DNA from: Patescibacteria group bacterium
GTDB lineage: Bacteria; Patescibacteriota; UBA1384; 2-12-FULL-50-11
Length of the DNA: 64,000 bases
Reading direction: 5' to 3'
NCBI GenBank assembly: GCA_022843855.1
Contig: JALHMV010000001.1
Span: forward strand, 2,780-66,779
Part shown: positions 8,964-20,073 of the stretch, piece after piece
How the letters are laid out: each line of letters starts with the position of its first letter
Numbering within the stretch: position 1 is the stretch's first letter
Position numbers and translations under genes: made by a program
The notes under the pieces: generated by a model
The model's database searches: none
The model's input: the letters and a program-made list of their open reading frames with translations, nothing else
Told to the model about the DNA's origin: nothing

Positions 8964-9176
8964 TTAGCGGTGAGTGGCGTCGTAGGCTTGTCGCTTCTCC
9001 TCTGACGCCGGGCAGGGCTTTACCAAATTGCCGTAGAAGTATTTTCTTCCGAAAAACAACAACGGGTTATCGGTAGCGCCACAGAGAACGCAAACTTCGT
9101 CGTAGAGCGATGAGTCGGAGTAGCGAGTTCGGTGCGTCGGGTGGCACTGGTCTTGGTATTCGTTAGTGATGTCCAA
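8964..9176 (-). CDS. Small Cys/His-containing hypothetical protein
   Basis: 70 aa: H..RYSDSSLYDEVCVLCGATD...KPCP; terminator-like hairpins on both sides. Confidence 0.55.
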   Translation of the reverse strand: MDITNEYQDQCHPTHRTRYSDSSLYDEVCVLCGATDNPLLFFGRKYFYGNLVKPCPASEEKRQAYDATHR

Positions 9177-9234
9177 ACTGGGTAATTGTTGCAGAGTTCC
9201 CAGGTAGCGTCTAGTCGATTATGGATAAAGAAAA

Positions 9235-9265
9235 GCCGCCGAGAAAGGTGATACTTCTCGGCGGC
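9235..9265 (-). terminator. Intrinsic terminator
   Basis: gccgccgagaa-N9-ttctcggcggc followed by ttttcttt on the minus strand. Confidence 0.75.
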
Positions 9266-9278
9266 GCTGAACGGGCTG

Positions 9279-10142
9279 TCATTCGAGCGAGGGCGGCCCA
9301 CCGAGTTGAATCATCGACGGGGTTGGCAAGTGGGTCAAGGCTCCCGGTATCCTCGAGGCCGGGAGCTGGCGATAGGCACCGCCACTGCCCTCACCGCTGA
9401 GACCGAACCTGTAGCCAACCTCACCGATAAACGCTTCCGCCAAGAGGTCGCGAGCTCGACATTCGAACAGCGTTGCGAGCTCAGGGCGGTAGCTGGGGGC
9501 TACCGGATTGCCGTATGTCTGGCAGAACAGCCAGGTGGCGCGACCGGCCACCGTAGCACGGTGCGAGGAGTAGGCGAGGTTGTCGCTGCCTAGTATTCTC
9601 GTGGTCAACGGCGCCTCAGTGATGTCGCTGACGGCGACGATAGCGTTCCGAACCAGTTCGGTCGCTTCCTTGCCTTCTCGGTCTCGGGATTCCTCCATCT
9701 CATCGTCGCCATAGCCGACTCGATTGGTTCTCTCGGCAAGCCAGTCGGAGGTGATGTCGGCAAGGCCGCTCGGCAGGCCCTCTCTGGCTTCGTAATAAGC
9801 CATCAACGTCCTGACCGTTGCGCAGACATCGAAGAGCTGGTGGCAACCGAGACGAAACGAGAGAACGTACGGTTGCTCCTCGTCCCCCGCAGTTACCAGG
9901 CACTGAACCCGGAACGGAATTCGATCCCCTTCGTCAGCCTGTCGAATCATCTCCACCATCGAGCGGTGCGCTGGCCTCGGCTGATCGCTCGCCGATCCCT
10001 GTACAAGGAGGAGCGGTCGAAGCTCTTCGGCGCTCAGAACGGGTACCCCCGAAGCGCCTGGGCTGTTGAGGCGGTCTGCTCGATGGCCGAGGCCGGTGAC
10101 AAGTGCGGTGACGGACGGTGGCCATTCTTTTGTGTGTGGCAT
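9279..10142 (-). CDS. Hypothetical protein (GC-rich)
   Basis: 287 aa ORF with AAGGAG upstream and a terminator downstream; no recognised motif. Confidence 0.55.
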   Translation of the reverse strand: MPHTKEWPPSVTALVTGLGHRADRLNSPGASGVPVLSAEELRPLLLVQGSASDQPRPAHRSMVEMIRQADEGDRIPFRVQCLVTAGDEEQPYVLSFRLGCHQLFDVCATVRTLMAYYEAREGLPSGLADITSDWLAERTNRVGYGDDEMEESRDREGKEATELVRNAIVAVSDITEAPLTTRILGSDNLAYSSHRATVAGRATWLFCQTYGNPVAPSYRPELATLFECRARDLLAEAFIGEVGYRFGLSGEGSGGAYRQLPASRIPGALTHLPTPSMIQLGGPPSLE

Positions 10143-10328
10143 ACGTGCTCCTTGGATGCTGGGTGCGAAGACGCGTCACATTGTGTCACTCCTGACCTGC
10201 GGAGTCAATGATGTAGCTATGGGTTTAACGGGTAGAAGAGGACGGCTCTACGCCATGGATATTCATTTACTGTTTTACAACAGGCTCAGATTACGTTTTA
10301 CGAACTAAATATATTAAGAGAACCGCCC

Positions 10329-10811
10329 CTAGTCTATTTTGGGATCAATCAGTCCAGTTATATCCTTGCGCAAATCTACCGCTCCTTTAATAAATGAGAT
10401 CATCTCATCAAACTGCTCATGGATCATCAGATAAAAACTTGAGTTAATATTCACTCTGGTGAGGTACCTAAAACCCCCCCTGTCATGCCCGAACTGATTA
10501 ATCGACTTGACCCAATGCCTTTGGTCAAAGTCAAAACCTTCGGTTCGGAAGTTTTGTGTATTTATCTGAGGGCAATTTTTCTCACACACATCAAACAAGG
10601 AGATCAGGTCATGTCCAGGCTTTTGCATATCCAGGTTCAATAAGAAAGCTTTCAGATACAGCTCAATAGACCAATGGAGCAAGAAAGCTGGCACGCGGAG
10701 CTCGCTAAATTTATTTCCCGATATCTTTTGGAACATAAGGGATCGCGAATCGTTGAAAGCAGTATCAGCAAGTGCCAACCAACTATCTAGTCTGACCCGA
10801 TCTACGCCCAT
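10329..10811 (-). CDS. HEPN domain protein
   Basis: FLLHWSIELYLKAFL, GHDLISLF and FRY motifs typical of HEPN; AT-rich. Confidence 0.7.
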   Translation of the reverse strand: MGVDRVRLDSWLALADTAFNDSRSLMFQKISGNKFSELRVPAFLLHWSIELYLKAFLLNLDMQKPGHDLISLFDVCEKNCPQINTQNFRTEGFDFDQRHWVKSINQFGHDRGGFRYLTRVNINSSFYLMIHEQFDEMISFIKGAVDLRKDITGLIDPKID

Positions 10812-10819
10812 CTTATAGA

Positions 10820-10843
10820 GAAAGAGGCCGTTAGGCCTCTTTC
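10820..10843 (-). terminator. dnaK terminator
   Basis: gaaagaggcc-gtta-ggcctctttc. Confidence 0.7.
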
Positions 10844-10855
10844 ATGTTTGTTCCT

Positions 10856-12757
<1,902 letters not shown>

Positions 12758-12794
12758 AGCTTACAGCCTCCTATAAAGTTTTGTTCTAAGAAAA

Positions 12795-12822
12795 ATTGTA
12801 AAGTTTCCTTTACATTTGTCAA
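12795..12822 (-). promoter_or_regulatory. Sigma70-type dnaK promoter with overlapping inverted repeat
   Basis: Minus strand TTGACA-N16-TACAAT; TGTAAAG-N4-CTTTACA palindrome at 12797-12814; GGAGG before the ATG. Confidence 0.7.
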
Positions 12823-12830
12823 TGGCTAGC

Positions 12831-13364
12831 TTAGCCCTTGGAGACGCGAACTTTGGCGGGCTTGAGAACGGTGTCGTTCAAGAGCCAGCCGCCTTCAACT
12901 TCGTCGATGATTGTTTCAGCCGGTAAGTCGCTTGGCTCATAGGAGATCGCTTCGTGCAAATTGGCGTCAAAATGCTCGCCCTTAGTTTTAATGCGTGTCA
13001 GGCCGGCCTGGGCTAACGTTTCTTCAAGCTGCTTTTCAATCTGTTTGAGGCCGACGAAGTATCTGTGAATTCTGCCAAGCTCGTCTTCGTCCAAGACGCC
13101 ATCGGCTGAGATCGTTGGAGCGTGCGTCGCGGCACGGTAGAAGTTGTCCATAATCGGAAACAGTTTGGCGAGCCACTGAGCGCCGGCGCGTTGGCTGATC
13201 TCGGCTTTTTCTTGCTCGATCCGACGCTCGAGATTGGCGTAGTCACTGGCCAAACGAGTGCGAGATTCTTCACTAATTTCGAGCGCGTGACGGAGTTGGG
13301 CCAACTCTTTCTCAAGTTGATCTTTGGTCGGTTGACGATGCTGGGGCTTCTTTTTGGCAGACAT
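12831..13364 (-). CDS. grpE: Nucleotide exchange factor GrpE
   Basis: DYANLERR, FDANLHEAI, LKPAKVRV; adjacent to dnaK. Confidence 0.93.
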   Translation of the reverse strand: MSAKKKPQHRQPTKDQLEKELAQLRHALEISEESRTRLASDYANLERRIEQEKAEISQRAGAQWLAKLFPIMDNFYRAATHAPTISADGVLDEDELGRIHRYFVGLKQIEKQLEETLAQAGLTRIKTKGEHFDANLHEAISYEPSDLPAETIIDEVEGGWLLNDTVLKPAKVRVSKG

Positions 13365-13423
13365 AACGGAACAAGTGTAGGAGATTTGTAGTCATTTTTC
13401 TAGTTTCGGCGTATCAATACTAT

Positions 13424-14626
13424 ATGCGGTACGCGCCGAGTGACTCGCAGAAGTTTGTCTTGTTTTGGGTCTCGATCGTCGTCGGTACAGTGATCGGTTC
13501 GCACATCAGCGTGCCAACCACGATATTGCTGTGGGTTGGGGCGCTCTGGCTCGTTTTATTACTCAGCGGACAAGATGAACGGATCGAAACGGTCAGCGTG
13601 GGTGCGCTTGGCATCAGTGGCGGACTAGTGTTGTGGCAAGTAACGGGCGGGGAAACATGGTTTCCGTTAGAAGCGCTCTCCGGGTTGGTTGGCTGGTTGG
13701 AACGACTGCGAACGGCGATTATTGATCAGATATTTTTGGCGCTACCCGAGCCGCATGGCTCGCTCTTGACCGGAATCTTAATCGGCAATCGGGCAAAGCT
13801 TGACCCTGAGTTGCTCGATACGTTTCGAACCGTTGGACTCACTCATTTAATCGCCGTTTCGGGCTACAACTTAAGCGTTTTGACAAGTAACGTGCGGTCG
13901 CTGCTCTGGCCGCTGATCGGCCGACGTGCTCTTTTTGTAGCAGCGGCGGTCATCGTCGCCTTCGTCGTTCTCTCGGGCGCTCCGCCGTCAATCCTCCGCG
14001 CAGCAGTTATGGCAGGTAGCTTATTGCTCGCACAATTCGTTGGTCGACCGAGCCGGTCGGTTAATATTCTTATCTTTGCCGCAGGGATACTAACTGTTTT
14101 TGAACCGAAGATAGTTTTCGAGATCGGCTTTCAGTTATCAGTTGTCGCTACCTACGGCCTCGTTCGGCTTGGGCCGATCGTCGTCGATTGGCTATCCCGC
14201 TTTCAACGGCTGCCCGAAAGCTTACGATTAATCATTGGGGAGACGCTCGCGGCCACCATCGCAACCGCTCCGTTACTCGTCTTATACTTTGATCGGCTCT
14301 CGCTCATCTCTCCTATCAGTAACATTCTCGTGCTGCCGATCATGCCGCTCCTAATGGGGCTGGGGATCGTTGGCTGCCTGTTCTTGTGGATTATTCCTAG
14401 CGTCGGAGAGTACCTCATTCATATCTGCTGGCCCCTGTTGGAATGGATCGTCTTTAGTTCGACTAAGCTCGCCGCACTTCCTCACGCAACGCTCACAACC
14501 GCCATTGCCGATTGGGTGGTGATCGGCGCCGCAGCGAGCATGATCGTAGCGATTGAAGTCGGATTCTTTTATTGGCGCCGCCTCTCGCGAGATTCGGACA
14601 AATTTTTACAAATGGTTCGGGCATGA
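13424..14626 (+). CDS. comEC: ComEC competence channel (membrane domain)
   Basis: GLTHLIAVSGYN, PSILRAAVM, GFQLS motifs. Confidence 0.9.
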   Translation: MRYAPSDSQKFVLFWVSIVVGTVIGSHISVPTTILLWVGALWLVLLLSGQDERIETVSVGALGISGGLVLWQVTGGETWFPLEALSGLVGWLERLRTAIIDQIFLALPEPHGSLLTGILIGNRAKLDPELLDTFRTVGLTHLIAVSGYNLSVLTSNVRSLLWPLIGRRALFVAAAVIVAFVVLSGAPPSILRAAVMAGSLLLAQFVGRPSRSVNILIFAAGILTVFEPKIVFEIGFQLSVVATYGLVRLGPIVVDWLSRFQRLPESLRLIIGETLAATIATAPLLVLYFDRLSLISPISNILVLPIMPLLMGLGIVGCLFLWIIPSVGEYLIHICWPLLEWIVFSSTKLAALPHATLTTAIADWVVIGAAASMIVAIEVGFFYWRRLSRDSDKFLQMVRA

Positions 14627-15480
14627 AAAACCTACTGCAACTTGCGGCAATTATTGCCCTCCTTTCGCTGGTCGTATTTGGCAAGGGGGAGTTTGATGCC
14701 AATAGCGATCACAATGATCTGCGGGTGTGGTTTTTTGACGTCGGTCAAGGCGACGCGATCCTACTGGACACCCCGAGCGACCAACAAGTCCTCATCGACG
14801 GCGGTCCCAACGGATCGATATTATCCGAACTCTCCCGAGCACTCCCGTTTGGTGATAAAGACCTTGATCTAGTTATTGTGAGCCATAATCACGCCGATCA
14901 CATCGGCGGTCTTGTCGAAGTACTACGCCATTACACCGTCCGGGAGATTTGGATCTCGGGAGCGCTTCACACAACGGACGGCTACCAAAAACTCTTGGAA
15001 CTCATCAGGCAAAAAAATATTACCGCCACCGTCGTAGCGGCCGGAGCTGGCATCAACCTTGGCGAGCTCAACGGCATCGCCCTTTTTCCGTTAGATGAAA
15101 AAACCGGTCAGCTCCCGGACAATCAGCACGACGCCAACATCGTCACCTACTGGACGTACGGAACGCAGTCGATTTTGCTGACCGGTGATGCCGAAGCCGA
15201 ACACGAAGCGGCAATGTTGGCACGCGATATCGTCAAACCCGCAACAATTCTCAAAGTCGGTCACCACGGTTCGCGCACCAGCACAAGCGCGCCATTCCTA
15301 AACGCTGTCAAGCCGCAGTTTGCGGTTATCCAGGTAGGTCAGAACAACCGTTACGGACATCCGACAACCGAAGTAATCGAACGGTTGAGTGCGATCGGCG
15401 CCCAGATCCTGCGAACCGACCAGGAGGGGACGATTCTTTTTGGTATGACGTCCACGTTTACCGCCCAGCTAAGCCCTTAA
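14623..15480 (+). CDS. ComEC/Rec2-type metallo-beta-lactamase-fold protein
   Basis: DVGQGDA, SHNHADHIGG, LLTGD, KVGHHGS, NRYGHP. Confidence 0.9.
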   Translation: MKNLLQLAAIIALLSLVVFGKGEFDANSDHNDLRVWFFDVGQGDAILLDTPSDQQVLIDGGPNGSILSELSRALPFGDKDLDLVIVSHNHADHIGGLVEVLRHYTVREIWISGALHTTDGYQKLLELIRQKNITATVVAAGAGINLGELNGIALFPLDEKTGQLPDNQHDANIVTYWTYGTQSILLTGDAEAEHEAAMLARDIVKPATILKVGHHGSRTSTSAPFLNAVKPQFAVIQVGQNNRYGHPTTEVIERLSAIGAQILRTDQEGTILFGMTSTFTAQLSP

Positions 15481-15514
15481 GATTTTGCCTTTTCTCCGGT
15501 AAGATCGACCCAAC

Positions 15515-16246
15515 ATGGCTGGTCACTCCAAGTGGGCACAAATTAAACGACAGAAAGGCGTCGCCGATCAACGACGAGGCGCGGCGTTTAGTAAATTAAC
15601 CAATGCGATTACGATCGCGGCCAAAAACGGGTCTGACCCAGAGATGAACTTTCAGCTACGCATCGCCATCGACAAAGCCAAGGCGGCCAACATGCCAAAA
15701 GACAATATTCAGCGAGCGATCGACAAAGCGACCGGCGCGGGCGGACAAGCTCAGTTGGAAGAAGTTGTTTACGAGGCATACGGCCCCGGCGGCACAGCAT
15801 TCATGATCGAAACCGCCAGCGATAATCGGAACCGAACAGTCGGCGAGATTAGAGCGACACTCAATAAGCTTGATGGCAAGTTAGCCGAGACAGGTTCGGT
15901 TGGCTATCTGTTTAAAAAACGAGGGGTCATTACCGTTGAGACAACAGACATTGAACAAGCCGAGCTCGCTGCCATCGACGCCGGCGCCGAAGATTTTGAG
16001 CCGACCGAAACCGGCCTCATCGTTTACACTGATCCGAAGGAAATCGAGAATGTTCGCCGAGCACTGAGCACTAACGGCCTGGAGGCAACCGAAGTAGCGC
16101 TAGAGTTTCATCCGACTTCCATCGTCCAAGTGAGCGACCCCGGAGTTGCCAAAAAAAATATTACGCTTTCAGAAACCCTCGACGAGCTCGATGACGTTGT
16201 GACCGTATCAAGCAACTTCGACGTCGACGAAAACCTGCTACAGTAA
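15515..16246 (+). CDS. yebC: YebC/PmpR family protein
   Basis: MAGHSKWAQIKRQK, NMPKDNI, YEAYGPGG, DNRNRT. Confidence 0.96.
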   Translation: MAGHSKWAQIKRQKGVADQRRGAAFSKLTNAITIAAKNGSDPEMNFQLRIAIDKAKAANMPKDNIQRAIDKATGAGGQAQLEEVVYEAYGPGGTAFMIETASDNRNRTVGEIRATLNKLDGKLAETGSVGYLFKKRGVITVETTDIEQAELAAIDAGAEDFEPTETGLIVYTDPKEIENVRRALSTNGLEATEVALEFHPTSIVQVSDPGVAKKNITLSETLDELDDVVTVSSNFDVDENLLQ

Positions 16247-16253
16247 GCTACGC

Positions 16254-16739
16254 ATGGAGGGGAAACGCATTTTGGGGGTTGACCCTGGTTCAGGCCGCCT
16301 CGGCCTAGGACTAATCGAGATTGTAAACAACAAACCCCATCTAATTCATTACGACTGCATCACCACGACGCCAAACGCGCCGGAGACGCAAAAGCTTAAA
16401 CACATCTATGAAGAACTCGTCCACCGACTGAGCGAAATTAAACCCGACGTGCTAACGATCGAGACTCTCTTTTTCACCCGCAACGTCACGAGCGCCTTCT
16501 CGGTCGGTCAGGCGCGGGGCGTTGTCCTACTTGCTGCCGCACAAGCCAACATAGAAGTTACCGAGATCGCACCACTACGCTTAAAGAAGGTGCTACTCGG
16601 CAACGGCACGGCCAAGAAAAAAGATATTCAAAATTTTATCCGCCACTACTTTGATATCGACGACAAAAAGAAGCTCGGCGACGACGCCGCCGACGCTGTT
16701 GCGATCGCTTTAAGCCAGGTTCTTCAGCCCGAAACCTGA
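16254..16739 (+). CDS. ruvC: Holliday junction resolvase RuvC
   Basis: ILGVDPG, IETLFF, GQARGV, DDAADAVAIA. Confidence 0.95.
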   Translation: MEGKRILGVDPGSGRLGLGLIEIVNNKPHLIHYDCITTTPNAPETQKLKHIYEELVHRLSEIKPDVLTIETLFFTRNVTSAFSVGQARGVVLLAAAQANIEVTEIAPLRLKKVLLGNGTAKKKDIQNFIRHYFDIDDKKKLGDDAADAVAIALSQVLQPET

Positions 16740-17860
16740 GGGGGGTTAGGCTCTCCCCAAATTCCCGTGCCGTTAAGGGCGTCAACAAGAACCGCCTTTA
16801 TTCGTTCGATCGCAAAATCTGCTCGTTCGTGTACCGCCGGATCCTCGCTCGACTTCTTTAGCTGCGTCCAGTAGTTCAGCTCACCAATGCCCCTGTTGCA
16901 GAGCATATTTGCTCGAAAGCAAATCGGGAAGTCTTCGTTATTGCGAGCTGCGGCCGAGCGATACAATTGCTCCTGAAGCTCAGGACTATGAAAGAGGTCA
17001 ATGAATAAAAAGGCGTAATCAGACGAAGGGTCGTTAACCCGATTGAGCCGTTCCCAGTCAAAAAAACCGATCTTGCCGTTTTCTTGCTTAATAATATTTG
17101 TCGGGTTAATGTCACCGGCGACTAACTTGGTTGGTGTTCGATCAAAGACTTCCTTCGACTGCTCCAGGAAATCTGCTGCCTGTTGATAAGCCTTCTGGCC
17201 AAGGTGTTCGGCAAGCGCTGACGACCAACTATTGAACTTCTTCTTAAAGTGATCGTAAGCAGAGCGTGTTTCCACATCAAGATCAGTCACCGATCTCTCA
17301 TTGAGATTGGCGTATTTTCCAAAAGTATCGATAAACTCAACGATCGTCTCCATATCTTCCGGTGTAATTAAATCCGGTGATGCTTCGTGAATAGTACCGA
17401 GCAACTTCCCTTTGAACATATTCTCAACAAGATATGTAGGTCGATCAGGCTCGGTACACGACTGGCTGATCGTAGGGAAATCCGCTTTTTCTTGGAGATC
17501 AGGCGGAAACTGTTGGTAAACATCAGGGGCGATATCTCTCAGGAAAACTATCTCGTTAAGTCCATTGACATAACTTCCATCACCTGGTTCCGGACCAAGC
17601 TTGTAGATCGAGGAATGCTCGTTAGAGCTTTCGCCGATATCAACTACCTCCGCAACCGTAAATGGACGTTCGGCTTCGGAAAAGATTCGACCGTTATAAA
17701 AGTCTCGATCGATCTCGTACGCTCTTCCGCCCTGGATAATTTGGTACGGAAAAACTCCCAGCTCCTTAAGATCGGCCTGGACCAGCTCGAGCCGGGAGAT
17801 TGGCTCTCCTTCGGGCTTTTCGTCCATCGCATCCGGCTGGTAGCCCAACGATTCAGGCAT
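16724..17860 (-). CDS. Aminoglycoside/choline kinase-like phosphotransferase
   Basis: GDINPTNII (Brenner-like motif) and FFDWE motifs. Confidence 0.7.
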   Translation of the reverse strand: MPESLGYQPDAMDEKPEGEPISRLELVQADLKELGVFPYQIIQGGRAYEIDRDFYNGRIFSEAERPFTVAEVVDIGESSNEHSSIYKLGPEPGDGSYVNGLNEIVFLRDIAPDVYQQFPPDLQEKADFPTISQSCTEPDRPTYLVENMFKGKLLGTIHEASPDLITPEDMETIVEFIDTFGKYANLNERSVTDLDVETRSAYDHFKKKFNSWSSALAEHLGQKAYQQAADFLEQSKEVFDRTPTKLVAGDINPTNIIKQENGKIGFFDWERLNRVNDPSSDYAFLFIDLFHSPELQEQLYRSAAARNNEDFPICFRANMLCNRGIGELNYWTQLKKSSEDPAVHERADFAIERIKAVLVDALNGTGIWGEPNPPQVSG

Positions 17861-17861
17861 C

Positions 17862-18947
17862 TCAACTCTTCGTCGCTACCTCTTTGAGAACTTTTTCGAA
17901 TGTTGTGAGATACTCGGCGACAACCCGATCACTGGAAAAACGCTGTTCGGCAACTCTACGACAATGTTCGCGACTAATCGAGTCAATCTTTTCCATCGCC
18001 GCTTTGATCTCATCCACGCTATCCGCCAAGAAGCCGGTTTCGCCATCATTAACAACTTCGGGCATCGCGCCGTTTGACGAAGCAATAACCGGTGTCCCGG
18101 CAGCGAGCGCTTCGATCGCGACTAAGCCAAAAGCCTCGCTCATCTGAGTCGGAAAGATAAAGCCTTTCGCATCAGCGTAAATGGGCGGCAGTTCACTGTG
18201 TGGCTTCGCGCCTAGATAGCGAATCTTTTCACCGTCGACATACGGCTTAATCTCACTATCAAAGTAATCCTGGTCGTTGGGGTAGACCGGTCCGATAATA
18301 TCCAAAGGCTGTCCGAGCTGGTGGGCCGCCTGGACAGCGAGGTGCGCCCCTTTCGATCGTAAAATCCGCGAAACAAACAGCCACCGTTCGCCCGCCTCTT
18401 TTTTCCACGGATAACTTTCGATTTCGAGCCCGTGGTAAATGGTTGCCGCCCACCGAGCATCCGGTAGCGGCTCTTTTTGTTTTTCTGAAATCGCGATAAA
18501 GAAAATATTCTTCAAGTCACGATGCGCATCGTGATTAGCGTGGATATTTTCGACATCAAGCGGGTTATGAAGGGTGAAGACAACCGGGGTATCCGGCATT
18601 ACGCGAGCAAACGGTAAGGCCAGTAAGAAGCTATCAAGGTGAATGACGTCGAATTCTTTGGCGCGCGCTGCGATATGCGACAGAAAAACAGCATCGCCCC
18701 AAATCGTCATTTCTTGCTTCATCCCCGGGGGGACGGTCTCCCACCGCGGATCTTCGTTGACGGCGACAAAGTTACAGTCCACAAGTGTGGCTGGAGTTTT
18801 GGTGCCTTTGGGCGCGAACCAGGTCACCTCGTGCCCCTGAGCGAGAAAGCCGCGGGTCAGCTGATCCGCCACATCGTAGGGAGCAAAAACCTTACCCGCT
18901 GGGTAGGGGAAGGCGTACTTCGAAGTAACAAATTTAGCGATCTTCAT
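17862..18947 (-). CDS. Glycosyltransferase family 4
   Basis: EAFGLVAIEALAAGTPVI, SKG, GT-B fold. Confidence 0.9.
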   Translation of the reverse strand: MKIAKFVTSKYAFPYPAGKVFAPYDVADQLTRGFLAQGHEVTWFAPKGTKTPATLVDCNFVAVNEDPRWETVPPGMKQEMTIWGDAVFLSHIAARAKEFDVIHLDSFLLALPFARVMPDTPVVFTLHNPLDVENIHANHDAHRDLKNIFFIAISEKQKEPLPDARWAATIYHGLEIESYPWKKEAGERWLFVSRILRSKGAHLAVQAAHQLGQPLDIIGPVYPNDQDYFDSEIKPYVDGEKIRYLGAKPHSELPPIYADAKGFIFPTQMSEAFGLVAIEALAAGTPVIASSNGAMPEVVNDGETGFLADSVDEIKAAMEKIDSISREHCRRVAEQRFSSDRVVAEYLTTFEKVLKEVATKS

Positions 18948-20007
18948 TTTTGAGAAGAACGCTTTGGTAGGCAGCGAGGTAGCTCTTCGTCATTGCTTCG
19001 ACGGAGAACTTTTCCTCTGCGCGACGTCGGCAGGCCGAACGATTGAGTGAGGCAACCTTACCGATCGCCTCGACAAAAGCCGTTTCGTCGTCGGGCTTGA
19101 TCAGGAAACCGGTTCGACCGTCTTCGATGAGTTCGGCCATCGCCCCACGGTTGTAGGTAATAACTGGTGTGCCGCAGGCCATTGATTCGGCCACTACTAG
19201 TCCGAATGGTTCGTCCCACTGAATGGGGTTGACCAGCGCTAAGGCATCGCCGTATAGCTTGTTTTTTTCGTCGTGACCGACTTCGCCAACCCATTCGGCA
19301 ACGCCGGGTTTAAGTCGGGGCTTAACCTCCGCTTCAAAGTATTCCAAGTCTGCCGGCGCCTGCTGATCCAGCTTGGCCGCCATCAACAACTTCATACCGA
19401 CACGCGCAGCAAATTCGATCGCCAAATGTGGCGCTTTCGTCTTAGTGAATCTACCAACCCACAGTAAGTAATCGGCTTTTGGCGAGTCGTTGAAAGTAAA
19501 CGATCCAACGTTAATCCCGTTGTAGGCTGTTGCCACCCAATTGAGGAATTGAGCGTTGACACGCTGGTAGTCGCTAATCGAGATAAAGGATTGATTCTTA
19601 TAGCGCTCGAACGTTCGAATCCGATCTTCCGGAATTTCTTTGGCGTTCAGTGTACCGTGAATCGTGTTGACGAACGGGACTTTTGAGAGCGACATCATCG
19701 CCAGCGAGCGATGGGATTGGTGGTTGTGGATAATATCCGCGCCGATCTCTTCGGCGTAACGAATCGCTTCTGCAACGTGGAGCAGCGTATCGTACATCGA
19801 CGTCCACGGTACTCCGTCGCGATAAAGCGCCCGAGGATAGGTCGAAACCAGCTTAGCACTCGTCTGCGAGTCACCGGTCGCAAACAGTGTTACTTCATGC
19901 CCCTCCTTTACTAACTCTTCGGTCAGATTTGAAACTACCAGCTCGAGACCACCGTATTTGGGCGGTGGCGTCGTTTCCCACAGCGACGAAATTTGAACGA
20001 TTTTCAT
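18934..20007 (-). CDS. Glycosyltransferase family 4
   Basis: PPPKYGGLE, EPFGLVVAESMACGTPV. Confidence 0.92.
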   Translation of the reverse strand: MKIVQISSLWETTPPPKYGGLELVVSNLTEELVKEGHEVTLFATGDSQTSAKLVSTYPRALYRDGVPWTSMYDTLLHVAEAIRYAEEIGADIIHNHQSHRSLAMMSLSKVPFVNTIHGTLNAKEIPEDRIRTFERYKNQSFISISDYQRVNAQFLNWVATAYNGINVGSFTFNDSPKADYLLWVGRFTKTKAPHLAIEFAARVGMKLLMAAKLDQQAPADLEYFEAEVKPRLKPGVAEWVGEVGHDEKNKLYGDALALVNPIQWDEPFGLVVAESMACGTPVITYNRGAMAELIEDGRTGFLIKPDDETAFVEAIGKVASLNRSACRRRAEEKFSVEAMTKSYLAAYQSVLLKNEDR

Positions 20008-20073
20008 TGGTTTCACGTTCTCAGATTTGGGCCGTACAGACAACAGGCGGATATGCGTTAGAATGGAATCACT

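Noticed and set aside
8934-10843. Integron attC sites between the accessory genes
   Set aside because: The hairpins are short perfect stems with T-tails and lack RYYYAAC/GTTRRRY ends; they fit terminators.
12758-13423. CIRCE or HAIR operator at grpE/dnaK
   Set aside because: No match to either consensus.
13424-15480. comEC as a frameshifted pseudogene
   Set aside because: The second ORF has its own ATG in an ATGA overlap and a hydrophobic leader; separate MBL-domain genes are a known arrangement.
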